Source: Antedon mediterranea (taxonomy: Eukaryota; Animalia; Echinodermata). Taken from it: a DNA stretch of 64,000 nucleotides. Position 1 is the stretch's first letter. Every line of letters starts with the position of its first letter. This document shows, piece by piece, positions 21,001 to 35,056 of this stretch. The stretch spans positions 3,586,201-3,650,200 of the forward strand of contig NC_092670.1 of NCBI RefSeq assembly GCF_964355755.1. Direction: 5' to 3'. The translations under genes and the position numbers were made by a program. The notes under the pieces were generated by a model. That model saw nothing but the letters and a program-made list of their open reading frames with translations, was not told the DNA's origin and did not search any database.

Positions 21001-24000
21001 TTTAAGATAGTCAGGGCACAGTAAAGTGAATCATTGTCACATCCATCACAGAATGGGGTATTGTTGTGTAGCCAAATGTCTAGGTTTAATTTTTTGCAAG
21101 AATTATTTGGGGACGGCAATTATCCAGAATAGAACACAAATTTACCTTTGTACTTCCCAGGATGTCTCACGCCCCTGTTCAGCCTGGATGTCAATTCTCT
21201 TAACATTGATAATGTACACATACACATCTTTATTTCCTTCTGTTAGTATGGTTAGGCCTGGGATCTCAATACGCCAGGCTGTCAGGTCTCTGTTAGGTGA
21301 GGCAACACTCTCTGGCAGGCATGCCTCATCATCTGAAGACTGTAGATCTAAAGTCTCCAGGCCTTGGTTCAGCTGGATAAGACATATAAAAGTGGGAATA
21401 TCTTTAAAGGTCTATATTTTAATGCAGTAATGTATGATGCTGCAAGTATAGAAATGACGATTGTTAAGAGGGACAGACGGAAAAGACGTCATTTACCAGG
21501 TGAGACAGTAATCTTTGGCTTTTCTGCTACATGGTGTACTTGCACTGGACTGACGTTACATACCTAAATGTAATGCAAGTTTTTCTGGCTGCAAAATACC
21601 CAGATGTTAAGTTATGATTAAAGGGTCTTTCACACCTGTTACGGCATGAATCAAATCGAACAACAATGTTTCGTTTTCATACAGCTACGTGCATATCAAT
21701 TATGACATGAATACGAAACACTTGCGTTCGCTTTACTGGCCCGAAACCGTGCAGGTGTGAAAGACCCTTTACCAATGCATTATGCAGTGATTCCTAAATC
21801 AATGCAATAATACAGTTAATTGTTTATATATTTTATTCTCTATTTTGTTAATATCAAAAATTATTTTCCTCATAAGGAATTACAAAGATCATTGACTTAC
21901 ACTAAGTTGACTTCCCTCTGGTTCTACTGGCATTCCTTGATCAGCGTTATTACTACGAAACACTCCCTTTAACTTGCTACCAATCTTGTTAATCAATGCT
22001 TCATTTGAACGCCTGATGTTGGCCCTACCAAAAAAAAAACCCCAATTATTTCAAAAGAGAAATAACCTTCAAGATGACAGTCAAGAGTTGCATTTGATGG
22101 ACAGACAGACAGACTGACTGAACAGATTTAAAAGTGCACAAGATGGAAAAGAAACATAATACATGTATAATACATAAAACAATATTTAAAACAGGACAAT
22201 TTTCAATATACAGTCAACTCTCCCAATACCAGACACCTTTGGGCTTGCCAAATATATCTGGTTTATTCTATCAACACCCTTGGATTCACCTATGTGTACG
22301 TCAACTCTACCAATACTAGACACCTTTGGGCTTGCCAAATATATCTGGTTTTCTGGAAATTCTGGTATTCGGAATGTGTTTTAATGGTAAAAATAAATTT
22401 TGACCATTTGAAATTTGAGAGAAGTATGGGAGAGTTACTGGTTTTTAGAGTGCCAGGTATGGGGAGAGTTAACTGTACTAATACGAACACACTAGGAGAC
22501 AGACAGACAAACTGACAGATTTGGTAGCATTTCACTAAACTACAAAGAAAGTAACAATCCCCAAATGTATGACCACAAGCTGTCTAGAAACAGATCATTT
22601 CATAAAAAAACAAAGCGACTAGAGATGGATACAAAATAGCTTCCTATTAAAATTAAGAGTAAACATACTATATAAAAAATAATATATAAAAAAAAATTTA
22701 AAAATTTGAAGAATTTGTACAAATAATTTACTGCAAAGACAGACTATCTCAAATAATGTAAAAACTTTCTACAATACCGCCAAACCTCATGGGAACAACA
22801 ACATTATGGCAACACATAAAAAACATTTTAAAAAAAGTTTAAAGGCAATCAATGCATGATAAATGAAGATAATTTGAGCTAGAGGTGGTGGGGGGGGGGG
22901 GGGAGGAGAGGGATGTGTATAGTTACCTGGATGGTGTGGCTGGTAGGGGCAAGGAAAGGTCCTCTGATGATAAACTAAATCAAAATGTATTATTATTTCA
23001 TCATTTATCTATTTAATTAATTAACAAGACAACAGGGAATGTTCAATCCATTATTTTAACCTTAATGTCACTTTATATGTGTCAAATCTACTCCCTAAAA
23101 TAGCATACAGTATTATGTTGAAGAAATTAAAGGCGGATATAAGGTTATATTTATTGAGTGCAAATAGCCATTAAATCATCAAAAGACCTAATCATAATTT
23201 TTTTAAATCTTTTAAGATTCATCATTTAAGTACAATTTGAAATGAAGTGAATTAAAGTGGAAATATTTGTTGACACTACAGTACGGCTAATCCCTTTTCA
23301 GGGGACAATCCTTCTAGAGGGAACACTCAGAAACACATACTTTGATGATGACCGCTGTAATGACTTCTGAAGTCGCTCACCACAGATTCGTGTATAATGC
23401 TGTATAAAGTAAAAGATAAATTGTTAAATTGAGGGTGATTTTTGCATGAAAGGGTTGACAACTCGGTGTGTGTAAACACCATATGATAACATCAATATCA
23501 ATAATTTTCTTGTTATATTGTATATAAATTATAGCAAAAATGAACACTAAAATCTTATTATTTATTACATGAAAATAAAACAAATTGTTCATTGTCTGAT
23601 AATTATTTAAATGTTATGTAACTTACCGCATCACTCTGATAAAACAAAGGCAAGAAAACAGTCTCCAAAACAACATAAGCCTGGCCATAAGCTCTGTAAA
23701 AACCATATATACTTCAGATACAAGAAACGCCATACCATACTTCATACTACATACTCTTAATAATATCCTGGATTTATATAGCGCCTAATGTTGTGAAACA
23801 TTATTACTTCATTATTATTATACCCCTATTACCGTCCAACACACTGTACCACACGCCCCTATAAAGAGTATTATTTGGTTTAATAGCTTGCATGTTTTTA
23901 CCTGAAAAGAGCAGTATTTGCTGGTCTCAATTTCATAACATCTTCATATGGCCCACTAATAACTAAAAGAATAAGATTTTATTACTAGCCATTTAAATTC

Positions 24001-27000
24001 TTATTATTATTTTTCTTTACTTATTTACTATTTTTAACATTGTGGATGTATTTTAACTGCAGTGTATTAACAAAGATTTTCTGATTTTTATTTTTAGACC
24101 AATATAAGATGAATTGAATTGACTTGAATTTATCTAATCTATCGCTAAAATATAGAGTAGTATTATATTTCAAGCATACAATCACCAGATTCAAGCAAGT
24201 CAACTGGCCAAGCAGTTAAGGCAGGGGCACCGTTTACCGTACCTAAAGAGTCAACAATATCGGAGAGGGTTCAAGGCCGACTCTCTCCTAGTTCTGGTGA
24301 TGGAAAAGGTCTTCTGAGATAAGGACTACAAACCGTTGGTCCAGGGTACACAGAACCCAGTTCATTGTTCAAGACGAGTAGAGGATTACCCCAATGAACT
24401 GGTTCACAAAATAGCCCCTGTATCAGGGGGATTACCACCTATCTGATAGGAGAGTGATTAATTTACTATTGGTAATCCTTGGCCCCATGTGCCTAAAGAC
24501 ATACAAAAAAAAATAATAAAAAAACAATTTTTTATCATCACGATCACCAAAATACTACTACAACTTACTCTGTTTAAGTTCTTGTTCAATGTCCTCACCA
24601 AATGAGATCCTATCACTGGCATCTGGGGCTATGAACATGTGGTATGTGTCTTTTGCTTCTTTGTGGAGGACTTGAATCTGATTCTGGGTCAGGTCAGAGT
24701 TCATTATACGACGGTTGAATTCCTCTGATAATAAATAAAGATTTATGAATGACAAATGATGTCTGTGTAATTCTGATAATTAATGTTACGAAAATTATGA
24801 TAAATGATGTTAAAAAAATAAAATAAAATTATAATTTTAATTTTTAATTTTCTTTTTAACTTTTTACAACTCACCAACACCAAGGCAAAAGTTGAGAATA
24901 TGTAGAGCGCCCTCAGTTTTCATGAATTTCACAAATTCATACAGTGTGTTGTCTTTATTGGAAAGTAGTTCAGATAAACCAGTGCGCAAAGGCTGAAAAC
25001 AAAACGGCATTATTTAAACATCTTAATTTGTTTTAATTCAAATTTCACCAGAATACAAAACAGAGATATTAAAGCCAAGGAAAGATTTAAACACCTATGC
25101 TAGAAACCCAAAAAAGACAAATAAAAACAAAATTACGATCTAGAATTACAGCATCTACAACATCAAGCAATTGAAAACATTATCAAAATTGAAAAAAAAT
25201 TGACCATAACTAAATGTATTATATATACAGTATTTACACTGTAGCATAATACTATAATATCTGTATGTAGGCCCTATGTACTTACTGATTGGATTGTTTT
25301 GCTGTTAGTTGCACAGAAAGCCTGCAGAATGAGAACAGGTTCGGTTGGAGGATCAGTTGATACTGCCATCTTCATAAAATGAATATTCATAGATTATGTT
25401 AATTAGGTATAATGTCAGGGAAATGTATTCTTGTACAACAATTGAATCTAAAGCGCTGTCTACACTATCAAACTTTATGTGACAAAAAATGTGATGTTTC
25501 CATATATGAACATGATGATGTCATATCACTACCGTATTTGGGAATATCACTACCATATATGGGCACATCACACTTTTTTGTCAAACTAGTTTGATAGTGT
25601 AGACGGAGCTTAAAATGGACCTGAAATGGATTTTCGATTTTTTTCATTTTAGAATGATGTTTTGGGGGCTATTAGGTGTTGCTAGAATGTATATTGTTAC
25701 AAAATATAAATTCGCCCTATTGGGGAAAGCCCCATTTGAAAATCAAAAAAATTCGCGGGTGATGTCACTTTGCGAATATATTCCTATCCCTCCAATGGAC
25801 AATTTGCAGTTTTTTGGCTATAACTCTTGAAATATATGGAGTATTTTCTAAAAAATGCTTGTGCTTTTGCAGAAACGTATTTAGAATTTTTTTAGATAAA
25901 ATTATTACCGTATAAACGGTTATTCATCGAGTAAATGACGATTTAAAATCTCCAAATCAACGGTTTTTTTCTGGCAATCCAGACGTTAGCCTGGCAACGT
26001 TGTCCGGGATACAGCGCCGTGTGCAATGATGCGTATCCATATTTTTCCGTTCGTGTATTGTGTATATCGTTCGTAATTTATACTGCTAAAATGTGTTAGT
26101 TTCTTTAGTTTTTAGTTTAGCAGAATTAAATAAGTAATATGAGATGATAATTTATTTGTCACGAATCAGGCAGTTCGAAAACGAATTTGATTCATATTTT
26201 ACTTTGGCTTGACAATGAGCAGCAAGTTGTTGATATCGCTTTGGATGCACATGAAACGGAGCCTCGCATATGGGTGGGTGGTGGATCGACTCTGCGCGCT
26301 GGGGCCTAGGTCTAGTAAAGGTTTGGGAGGTAGGCCTAGGCCTAGGCCTTCTAAATTCGGGTTTTAGAACAAACAAAGTACATTTTAGGGCACTATATTT
26401 CAACAACATTATATATTGAATAAATTAGTATTAGTGTCAACGCTTCGCGTATCTTTCCGGGCCGTCGATCATTCACAGACTATCGGGCGGCATATATACG
26501 CTCTCGATATCGTCGTGTGTATATGTGACTTCGTGAATATAGATGCTCCCGACGGCCGTTGAAATAGAATATTGCAATGGCGTGAGTAATTTTCGCTAAT
26601 TTACCAAGGTATCTTAAAATTTCGTTTTTTCTCAAAATACTATACATTTTGTTTTTATTTGTATGGGCTTGTGTTAATTTGATACATTTAAATAACATTT
26701 GTGAATTTCTTGAAAATCGAAAGTCCATTTCAGGTCCATTTTAAGAGTACAAAATATACTCACTGGTTCTTCATCAAACAAAAGCTGTAGCAATAGATTC
26801 ACAACATTCTAAAGGTAAAGAAATGATAAAGACATTTAATTTTTATTTTATAATTAAAAACTACAATTTTAAGCAGAAATAAACCACCAAATGAATACAA
26901 ATGTTTTGGTTGTATCAAGTCTAGGTAGAGAACATATAAATTACTAGATTAGAACTCTTGTCTCGAATGTGGTCCTGATTTGGAGGGAGATATGCATAGT

Positions 27001-30000
27001 CAATAATTGAGAACTTTTGATGAATGTTTGTTAAGTTACAAAAGAAAAAAACTCACTGGATTCGCAAGAACATCCATTGCTGGTATAATAACAGAGCCTG
27101 CTAAAAGTTCCCGCAAGAAATTTTTTGTTCCTCTGTAAAACAAGAAATATTTCTTACAAAAAACGCTGCTCGACATTTTAAAATTAATCATTGTTCTTTC
27201 TTCAGATATACTTATGATTAATTATTAAAAAGATGTCTTTTAATCGCAAAAATACATACAAATTATGATTCACATGCCCATTTAAAAATGGTCAATTTTT
27301 GTGCTGTGTGTGTGTGTGTGTGACCTCAACCTGTTTGGTATGCAACTGAATACCCTCTAGAGACAACGTGACATCATGAAAATTCTTCCCAGTCTATTGA
27401 TTCGCGTCAACCAATCAAAGGGCGAGAATCCAAAATCGTTCAACTGTGAGCCCTCATAGACTCTTTTTTTCCAGACGTTTTTTGGGTCCAGCAGATACTA
27501 TAACTGCTGCTTGCTTTAGCTTATGATTGAGTAGTCCTCATGGGACATAGCTGGCTAGAGCAACAGCGTGAAAAAAAATTGAAAATACAGTATTTGGATT
27601 TTACAGAAACAATGCTTCATTTTGTTCATGACTGGACTATTCCACTTTCCTTTGCAGTGTCTTTTTAGACAATAATTTAATATTACAGTAGTCCATTCAG
27701 CTAATAACTCAGTTTATCCTGGTAAGTACTCACAAACAAAATTAAATTAAATATTTAAGTTAAACTTACTGACAGTTAATTGCATGTTTTGGAATAAGCA
27801 TTGGGAAGATGGCATCGAGTAAATGGCGAACATATCGCAGTTCATAATCTCTACTTCTTGCAGCACAGTGAAGATTGGATCCATAGGCCTTCAGTATTTC
27901 CACATCAAAATTGTCATTTGAATTTACTAACAGAAAGAACAATATAAAGTTAAGCCCTGTCTACACTATCAAACTAGTTTGTGTGCCCAAATATGGTAGT
28001 GATATACTCAAATATGGTAGTGATATGACATCATCATGTCCATATATGGGCATATCACATTTTTGTTGTCACATTGTAGACAAGGCTTTAGAAACTGCAG
28101 TGATATGTTAAAATGAAATATATAGCAAGTTTACAAAAAAAAACAACTTACGTTTACGTTTTGTTCGTAGGATTAAATCAAGATGTGACAAGCCGTTCTT
28201 AACAAGCTTGTCAAGAATAAGTGTTGGTAGATCAACCTGTAAAATATGAATTTATATGATTTTAAAATTTAAAGTATTGTGAATATTGATACCTTTAATC
28301 GTAATAATCGTAATATTTTGGATTGTGCCGGCCACCAGTTTAAAACGACACCCCTTATAACGTGTAATCACTTATTATTATTACGTACAAAATAATGATA
28401 CATCTTAATGTTTCACTTAAGAATTTCAATTCAAAGAAAATACCTTTTGTAAACGTTTAAGAAGTATTGCTGCTATATATCTAATGCCAGACCTCAGTTC
28501 ATTCACAAATTCTTCATCTTTACTTATATCCCTGTAAATTCACAAATAATATTATTTAAAAAAAAATCTATTTTTAATTAGTTAAATAATGGATCCTAAT
28601 ATTTGGGATCCTTAAATACATACATTTTCCGTATTTGTTTTACAGTTTAACTTACATAAAGCCGTGTATACACTATCAAACTTAATGTGACCAAAAATGT
28701 GATGTGCCCATATATGGACATGATGATGTCATATAACTACCATATTTGGGCACATCACACTTTTTTGGTCAAACTTGTTTTTCATTATCATACTTACTTA
28801 TACCAGGAGTAGACAAAATCTTTTAGTATCAATTCAAAGAGCTGAAATTGAAAGTAAAAAATATACAATATATAAATTATCATTGTTATTATTGAAAGAA
28901 ATTTATTTCAACAATATTTTAAGGGGTGTCCATTCAGCCATTAGAGACCCTCACAAAAATACGATTTGACAAGACAATAACACACAACAATTAAATGATA
29001 CACTACACTAGTGTCTTGGATAATCTATTTGTTTTTTATATTAAAATACCTTTGTATGAGGAAGAAAGTCAGGCTTTAATAATAACTTATTAACCGATAT
29101 ATCAGAAATCCCATAATTCTCCTGCCAGAAGGGAAACTTAATTGATACAAACCTCCGATAAAGCTTTATCAACTCTTTGTGGAATATATACATCTGTCCA
29201 CGGCTGTGTTGATGATATGTCTACAAAATATCTGTATTTAATAAAATAAAAAAAACCATATAGTTATACTGTACCATGATTATTATTAATATTTTGTATA
29301 TATATTTTTTTTTTTAAAAGAAAGATTTTTTTAATTTAAAAAAAAGTTATCATTCTCCAATAACTGACATAACATGACATAAAATAGTTTTTTTTACATA
29401 GGAAATATTAATGAGCTTTTGGTCTGGGAGGGTGGAAGACAAGATTAATCTTCATGTCCATATATATAAGCCCTGTATGCACCACTTCGTTCATCGTCAG
29501 GACCGTATTTAATAATCGTTTAATGTTCGCCCTTCTTCGACCGTTGAGAACTTGCTACCAATTCCTTAAAATATTTAAGAAAATGTTAGACTTAATAAAT
29601 TGAGAAAAGTTTACCTATGTCGACAACACTGACTGTCTGTGCATATACCACAAGCATGTGCTTTAGATTTGAGTGACTTGTTTCCTGGAGTCTTCTTGCG
29701 CTCAAATGCAGCAATAAAGTTTGGTAAAACTGACACGTAGTTGAAGATAATGTAAAAGGAACCAATTCCAGCCAGAAACGCCCATGCCACAAACAAAATA
29801 TGAAGGTAACTAAAATAAATAAAAGGAAAGAAAAACAATTATTGATTACTTTATTGATTGTGCTACATTGCATGCTTGCTATGTTAACAAGCAACAATGA
29901 TTTTACCCCTTTTAAAATTTGGATAGTATATGATCACTTCCTCTAAATAGACGCTATGTTATTTAAGGTGGATAAATCAGTGAAATCTGAAAGGGTGAAT

Positions 30001-30199
30001 AGAAAGAGTAGGCTAGGCTAGCTAGGCCTAGCTTCATTCGAGCTAATTATTTTTTAATTTAACCAAAATATACTAACCTATACAGAATAATACTAAGCAC
30101 TAACAAAGATACAGATGCAACAGTGAAAGATGAGTGTTGTTTTGATAATTCAAGAATTTTACGAGCAGTAACTTCTCGATTTTTTACACCGGGATTCAT
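12078..30199 (-). CDS. SNX14: Sorting nexin-14 (TM-PXA-RGS-PX-PXC), ~30 exons. Examples: 30078-30199, 29615-29809, 28798-28841, 28444-28531, 27770-27927, 24875-24992, 24589-24724, 21146-21372, 20852-20903, 20607-20710, 18370-18472, 12556-12704, 12078-12119
   Basis: Exon translations match remembered SNX14 segments: LFELILKDFVYSWY, DISKDEEFVNELR, FVKFMKTEGALHILNFCL/EEFNRRI, RRYQEFYVLDSKLKEFH, LPTKRPFG, KSVPQRLMKE/KGQHLE, LQYPKLNKQLSYVLLDTVILDLFPEL. Confidence 0.93.
13135..13405. repeat. Degenerate AT-rich tandem repeat
   Basis: Recurrent 'ttgattaaaattgattgagaagtta' units. Confidence 0.65.
15212..15329. mobile_element. Foldback/MITE-like inverted repeat; a similarly built degenerate one lies at 14160-14330
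   Basis: GGTTAAATATAAGATTTGACAT ... ATGTCAAATCTTATATTTTACC. Confidence 0.5.
18447..20375. repeat. 79-bp tandem array (~24.4 copies) made of an SNX14 3' splice site plus exon start
   Basis: Unit tgtaacactggtttggttaaaaggttctgaaaaaaaataagaaagatgcaatatgctgattgaattcaatcctttacga; period 79 (18526, 18605, ... 20344); near-identical copies. Confidence 0.97.
21622..21768. mobile_element. PIF/Harbinger-like MITE (family B)
   Basis: TIR AGGGTCTTTCACACCTG...CAGGTGTGAAAGACCCT with TAA/TTA flanks. Confidence 0.75.
22211..22475. mobile_element. Tc1/mariner-type MITE; second degenerate copy at ~37852-38019
   Basis: TA|CAGTCAACTCTCCCAATACC...GGTATGGGGAGAGTTAACTG|TA; internal ~50-bp duplication. Confidence 0.75.
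24200..24520 (+). mobile_element. tRNA-derived SINE, diverged copy of the family at 53040-53399
   Basis: Box A-like TGGCCAAGCAGTTAAG, box B-like GGTTCAAGGC, body GTCTTCTGAGATAAGGACTACAAACCGTTGGTCC, A-rich tail. Confidence 0.7.
25614..26740. mobile_element. 1127-bp non-autonomous DNA transposon with TTAA TSD (Kolobok-like)
   Basis: TTAA|AATGGACCTGAAATGGATTTTCGATTTT ... AAAATCGAAAGTCCATTTCAGGTCCATT|TTAA. Purine-purine termini with TTAA fit Kolobok rather than piggyBac (CC ends). Confidence 0.85.
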
Positions 30200-30632
30200 T
30201 TTTTGACATTTAATTCGCCATTAAAATTGTGAGGGCGCTGTTCTTTATTCTTAGCCTTTAAAAAGTCGCTGTGCACACATAAACAAAAAAATATATATTT
30301 AAAATTTCATAAAAATTAATGTTTAAAATTTACATTGTTAGACAATTCTTAAACATTTAATAACATATATCTATCCATTACTATTATAATGATGATAGTC
30401 TTACTACCTATATTATCATACATTTTCATTTTGTTTTCCTACGGCCCCAAGTAACGACTGGATGACATATGTATCTGCAATATTTATTTCTCTCTCAATA
30501 TCTCTCACCACACCACACAAGATAAGTGGTACAGTCGTCGTCGTGTAACCGGTGCTTGATTTCTCTCTTCAATAAAACTTACCAAAGTTTGTTTTCAAAG
30601 TAAACTTCTTGTAGTATCAACTGATTTTTAAA
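30200..30632. promoter_or_regulatory. Probable bidirectional promoter, SNX14/PMM
   Basis: Divergent ATGs at 30199 and 30633, 433 bp between them. Confidence 0.7.
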
Positions 30633-33600
30633 ATGACTGCAAGGGACGAATCTGTGTGTTTTCTATTTGATGTTGACGGAACGTTAACAGCACCTAGACA
30701 GGTAAGTTAGTCAGTGTGGTAGGCCCACCATCATACAGACACGTATTGCACGCACATTGTGGCCTAGCCTAGCTTAGCTAGAGTATTAAAAAAATGTTGA
30801 ACGGATGCAATAGAGATAAACATCTATTATATATGTCCCTTAATACAATAGTAATACCGTATTCAGATCACGTAGGCTACACTTTAAAATAATTAGTTAG
30901 GACAACAATTCACAAAAAAATTTACTAAATTACTAACCTTTAATACTTAAACAATGTTCTATAAAAATTATTATACCAGGTTAAAAATGTAAATATTAAA
31001 AACAGTAGTATACATAGTGCTTACAGCATAGATAGGCTAATTTGTAATTATTCAATAATAAACATTAACATCATGAATGCTGTTTTTTATTGAATGAATG
31101 GCTATTATTTTGTAAATAATTAAACTTCTTTGAAAAATATTAAATTAATATTTAAAAAATCTGATATTTTGAAGTTAAATAATTTATTTATACATACGAA
31201 AATGGTTGTTTATAAATTATAAATGTTTTCGTTTTTTTGTAGACACATTTTTTTGCAAGTAGGATTCTTATTAACTATCATAATTAACAGTATTTCTATT
31301 TCTCACATTATTTGTTGTGTAATAATTACTATTTTCTTTTTATTTCTATGAATCAAAATGACAATTAAATTATATCCTTGTTATCAATGAGATCATTTCT
31401 TATTATTTGTGCTAATTCATAAAATACTGGGAAATTATTTAGCAATTTCCCTAACAATTGTGCCTTATCATGCATGATAATCAGCTCTTGGATTTACTGC
31501 TGTATGACATGGCATTCATCAACCAATCAGAAGCCTCCATTTGGAGGTGTGTCAGATACAATAGATAATACTTTTCCTGATAATAGTTTTGTTTACTCAT
31601 GAAGGCTTGTAAACAATACACTGTGTGTTGTTGCAATTCCTTACTTTTGAAGGTCAATAGGTCAATTCATGCCCTTTGACATTGGAAAAAATAATTCTGA
31701 TAAGAAATAAAATCCATTTTTTAACAGAATGCAACACTCTAAACATTTTATAAACTAATATTTGTTTGTTTTCCCCACTTTATTTAAATATAGAGAATAA
31801 CAAAAGAAATGGATGACTTCTTATGTGATCTACGCAAAAAAGTATCTGTGTGTCTGGTAGGAGGATCGGACCAAGACAAAATTTTAGAACAGTTAGGTGG
31901 TGAAGAGGCATTGAACCATTTTGACTATTTCTTTTCTGAAAATGGTCTAGTTGCTTACAAAAAAGGGGAACTTCTAGCTAGAGCGGTAAGAACTTAATCT
32001 TGGAGTAGCTCCGTGATGTAACCACTTGATTGTTATACCATGCAGATGTATTATTTCACTCTTTTGTCTTAGTCTTTGACTTTTATTCTTAAAATTAATG
32101 ATTAGCAATATCTGAGTTTGTTTAATCTGATATAGCACCCATGTCTTTAGATTCGTCTTAGCAAGGCCATGTAAAAGTATCGTGGTTGGTAATTAAAAGC
32201 CTGAATAATATTTTGGCAGGGGGGCCAAACTTACACCCTCCACAGATACAAGTACACATGGTGTTATCTCTTATTAAGTATGCAATGAAGTATGTATTTC
32301 AACAAAAGAGTATTTTCAATAAAATGGGCATTACTAGGAGTACAGAAGATATATATTATTACACAATTTTCTTAAAGTTTTTTATATTTGTTTTTTATTT
32401 TTCAGAATATACAGAAGCACCTCGGAGAAGAACTTGTCCAAAGATTTATTAATTACGCCCTAGCATACTTGTCAAAATTAGAACTTCCAGTTAAAAGGTA
32501 ATCCTCCCCCTCTCCAATCCGCTAAATTTTCTTTGTAATTAAGTTTTCTTATCCAAACACTGTTATGTTCCAAAATAAAATATTTCAAAATATCTTTTTT
32601 ATTATTCAGAGGGACTTTCATTGAATTTCGTAGTGGTCTGATCAATGTGTGCCCAGTAGGTCGAAGCTGCAGCCAGGCAGAAAGAACGCAGTTTTTCGAG
32701 TTTGACCAGGTCAGTTTGGCCGTTTATCAAAAACAATTGATTATTGTTATTAAACTATACAGTAGATAGCTTTCGTATTTACACTTTAAATAATGTATGT
32801 GTTTTTATTTAAACAAAAAAAAAACAAATACAAAGTCCAATAATAAGCAAATCAAATAAAGCACATTTTTATTTCTATCAAAAGTAATAATAATATAATA
32901 TTTATGTTTTGTATAGAAAAACAAAATTAGGGAAAATATGGTGTCGGCAATGAGGAAAGAGTTTGCAGATACTGACCTTATATTTGCTATTGGTAAGTGA
33001 CAATTTAAAGATGTCATTTAAATCCCTATCTCAACCTATGTCCCCATAAATTATCAAAATGAATAACTTGTGAATAGAATGTCAAAGGTCACATATTTAT
33101 TTAAATCAGATTTACCATAATAAAGACACCATATGTTGTATATACCAGCAGGTTATAACGTAAAACATATGTAGACATTTTTATGGTGTGTTTCAAAAGA
33201 CAATTATATTTTTGTGTACATGCCTACATACAAAGGTTTGAAAAATACAATACAACAGTTTTCAAATATTAAATAAAGTTATTTTCTTGTTACCTAATAA
33301 GTGTTTTATTTAGACTTAATATGGAAACTATTGTAAACTATTTTTTTAATTGTCTATAGTTTTTCATTTGCATAATATTATTTTTGCAGGTGGTCAAATC
33401 AGTGTAGACGTGTTCCCAAAAGGCTGGGACAAAACCTATTGTTTAAACTATATAAAGGAATATAAGACAATAAGATTCTTTGGAGATAAAACAATGCCTG
33501 TAAGTATATATATACCAAGTGAAGCTTGAACGTTTACTGACTTTTTACTGACAAATTGCATAGATTTCCTATATTACAATTTCAATATCCCAATATTGAA

Positions 33601-34162
33601 ACATAAGAGAACAATGCAGTACCTGCTTTCAGATATGAATATTCTCATTCATCCAGGTAGTATTAATTTTAGAAAGATATCAATCGCATTTACTAGACTT
33701 AATTGTTTAGTACAACGACTATCCCGTGACGGAGTTTAGGAGCTGTTAGTATTTAAAACATCTAGGAATTTTGTTGAATTGAAAGTTCCGGATAAGTGGT
33801 GACATAAGCCTCTACCTACTTTCATTGTCTTACTTCTATTAACTAAGTGCAGATCCAAGGGGTGGAGGAGCACTAAGGTCGCACATTCCCCTCTTTTTAC
33901 AGCTAAAATTACATTATGAACTACTTTTTTTCTATTTGCTTAGAACTCCATACTTTCCAAAAATCCTTGATCCACACCTGAAAACAATACTATATTCCTG
34001 GAGGAGAAACTCCTTAGAACTTAAATGTTTTTCAACCACCGTTTTTTTTAATAGGGAGGAAATGACCATGAGATATTTGAAGACCCTAGAACAATTGGAT
34101 ACACAGTGACAAGTCCAGAAAATACAAGAAAACAAGTAACAGAAGTTTTAAACTCTCTATAA
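30633..34162 (+). CDS. PMM2: Phosphomannomutase (HAD family). Exons 30633-30701, 31794-31985, 32406-32497, 32610-32709, 32917-32992, 33390-33499, 34055-34162
   Basis: [12 protein letters not shown] catalytic motif, [76 protein letters not shown]. Invertebrate co-ortholog of PMM1/PMM2. Confidence 0.95.
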
Positions 34163-34744
34163 AGGCTGCAAATATGTTGCAATTTTAATTTAGTAGAGGC
34201 TAATATATGTCACTAATAATTGCACATGCCTTGAATCAGGTAATAATGGTGATTAGGATCTTTCATATTTAATCAGTGCTTTAAATATTTAATACCAATT
34301 ATTAAAATTCCCTGTTTACAGTTCACATACCTCTAACATTTATCACTGGTTCTACTAAAATGTCGTTATTCTGGTACCCATCTTTGTATACCTCCTATGT
34401 AGCTCTGTTTGTACTAATAGAGGTTTTTATTGCACTGAAACCGATATTTGTTTTTTGTTTATAAAACAAAATGTATTCCTTACAGCAATAAACTAGTACT
34501 AGAATTAATTGCTAATTGATAAATGTTTTTATTCCATTGTAGTACAGTATTGTTTTTATTCCATTGTAGTACAGTATTGTTTTAATATGATTCCAGTTTT
34601 AGATATTTTATATTTTAAAGAATTAAATAAACTTCATAGCTGTTTTACAGTAAGTTTGATCCACATATTAAAACAAACAAAATTTTATTGAAATGGCTTC
34701 TCCTTCAAATAAGAGACAACAAGCTTAGATACACAGTACTGTAA

Positions 34745-35056
34745 TTTTTTTTTATTTTATTTTTTATTTTATTTAATTTTCAGGCAAACATACATGACAA
34801 CACAGCGGTGCAGCACCCTGAGGATTGCCATGAGTGCAAAGCACTATCGAGATGGCTCTCCATATACTGCACTAGAACATATAAGACAAACATATACACA
34901 AGATGCTCTACATAGACAAAGACTTATTATTAAGTCTTTGGGAGTGGAGTTGTAAATTGTCATGAGAAAAAAACCCTGACATATGACAGGACTTGAACCC
35001 AGGACCCTTAGATTGGTAGCCAAGCATCATAACCACCAAGCCACAGCTCCACTGTG
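34745..35056 (-). mobile_element. tRNA-derived SINE with A-rich tail; internally deleted relative at ~20465-20550 (+) and head fragment at ~58661-58722 (+)
   Basis: Minus strand GTGGCTTGGTGGTTATGATGCTTGGCTACCAATC...GGGTTCAAGTCC (A/B boxes); T-rich tail at 34745-34780 on +. Confidence 0.7.

Noticed and set aside
21497-21563. Possible 67-nt SNX14 exon (VCNVSPVQ...)
   Set aside because: Would shift frame; flanking exons join in phase without it. A poison exon cannot be supported without RNA data.
26152-26728. ORFs inside the TTAA element as transposase
   Set aside because: Short, no DDE or THAP motif recognised.
34975-35056. tRNA gene candidates (also 48240-48316, 53320-53399)
   Set aside because: A/B boxes are present but no complete cloverleaf is evident; they are joined to SINE bodies and tails.
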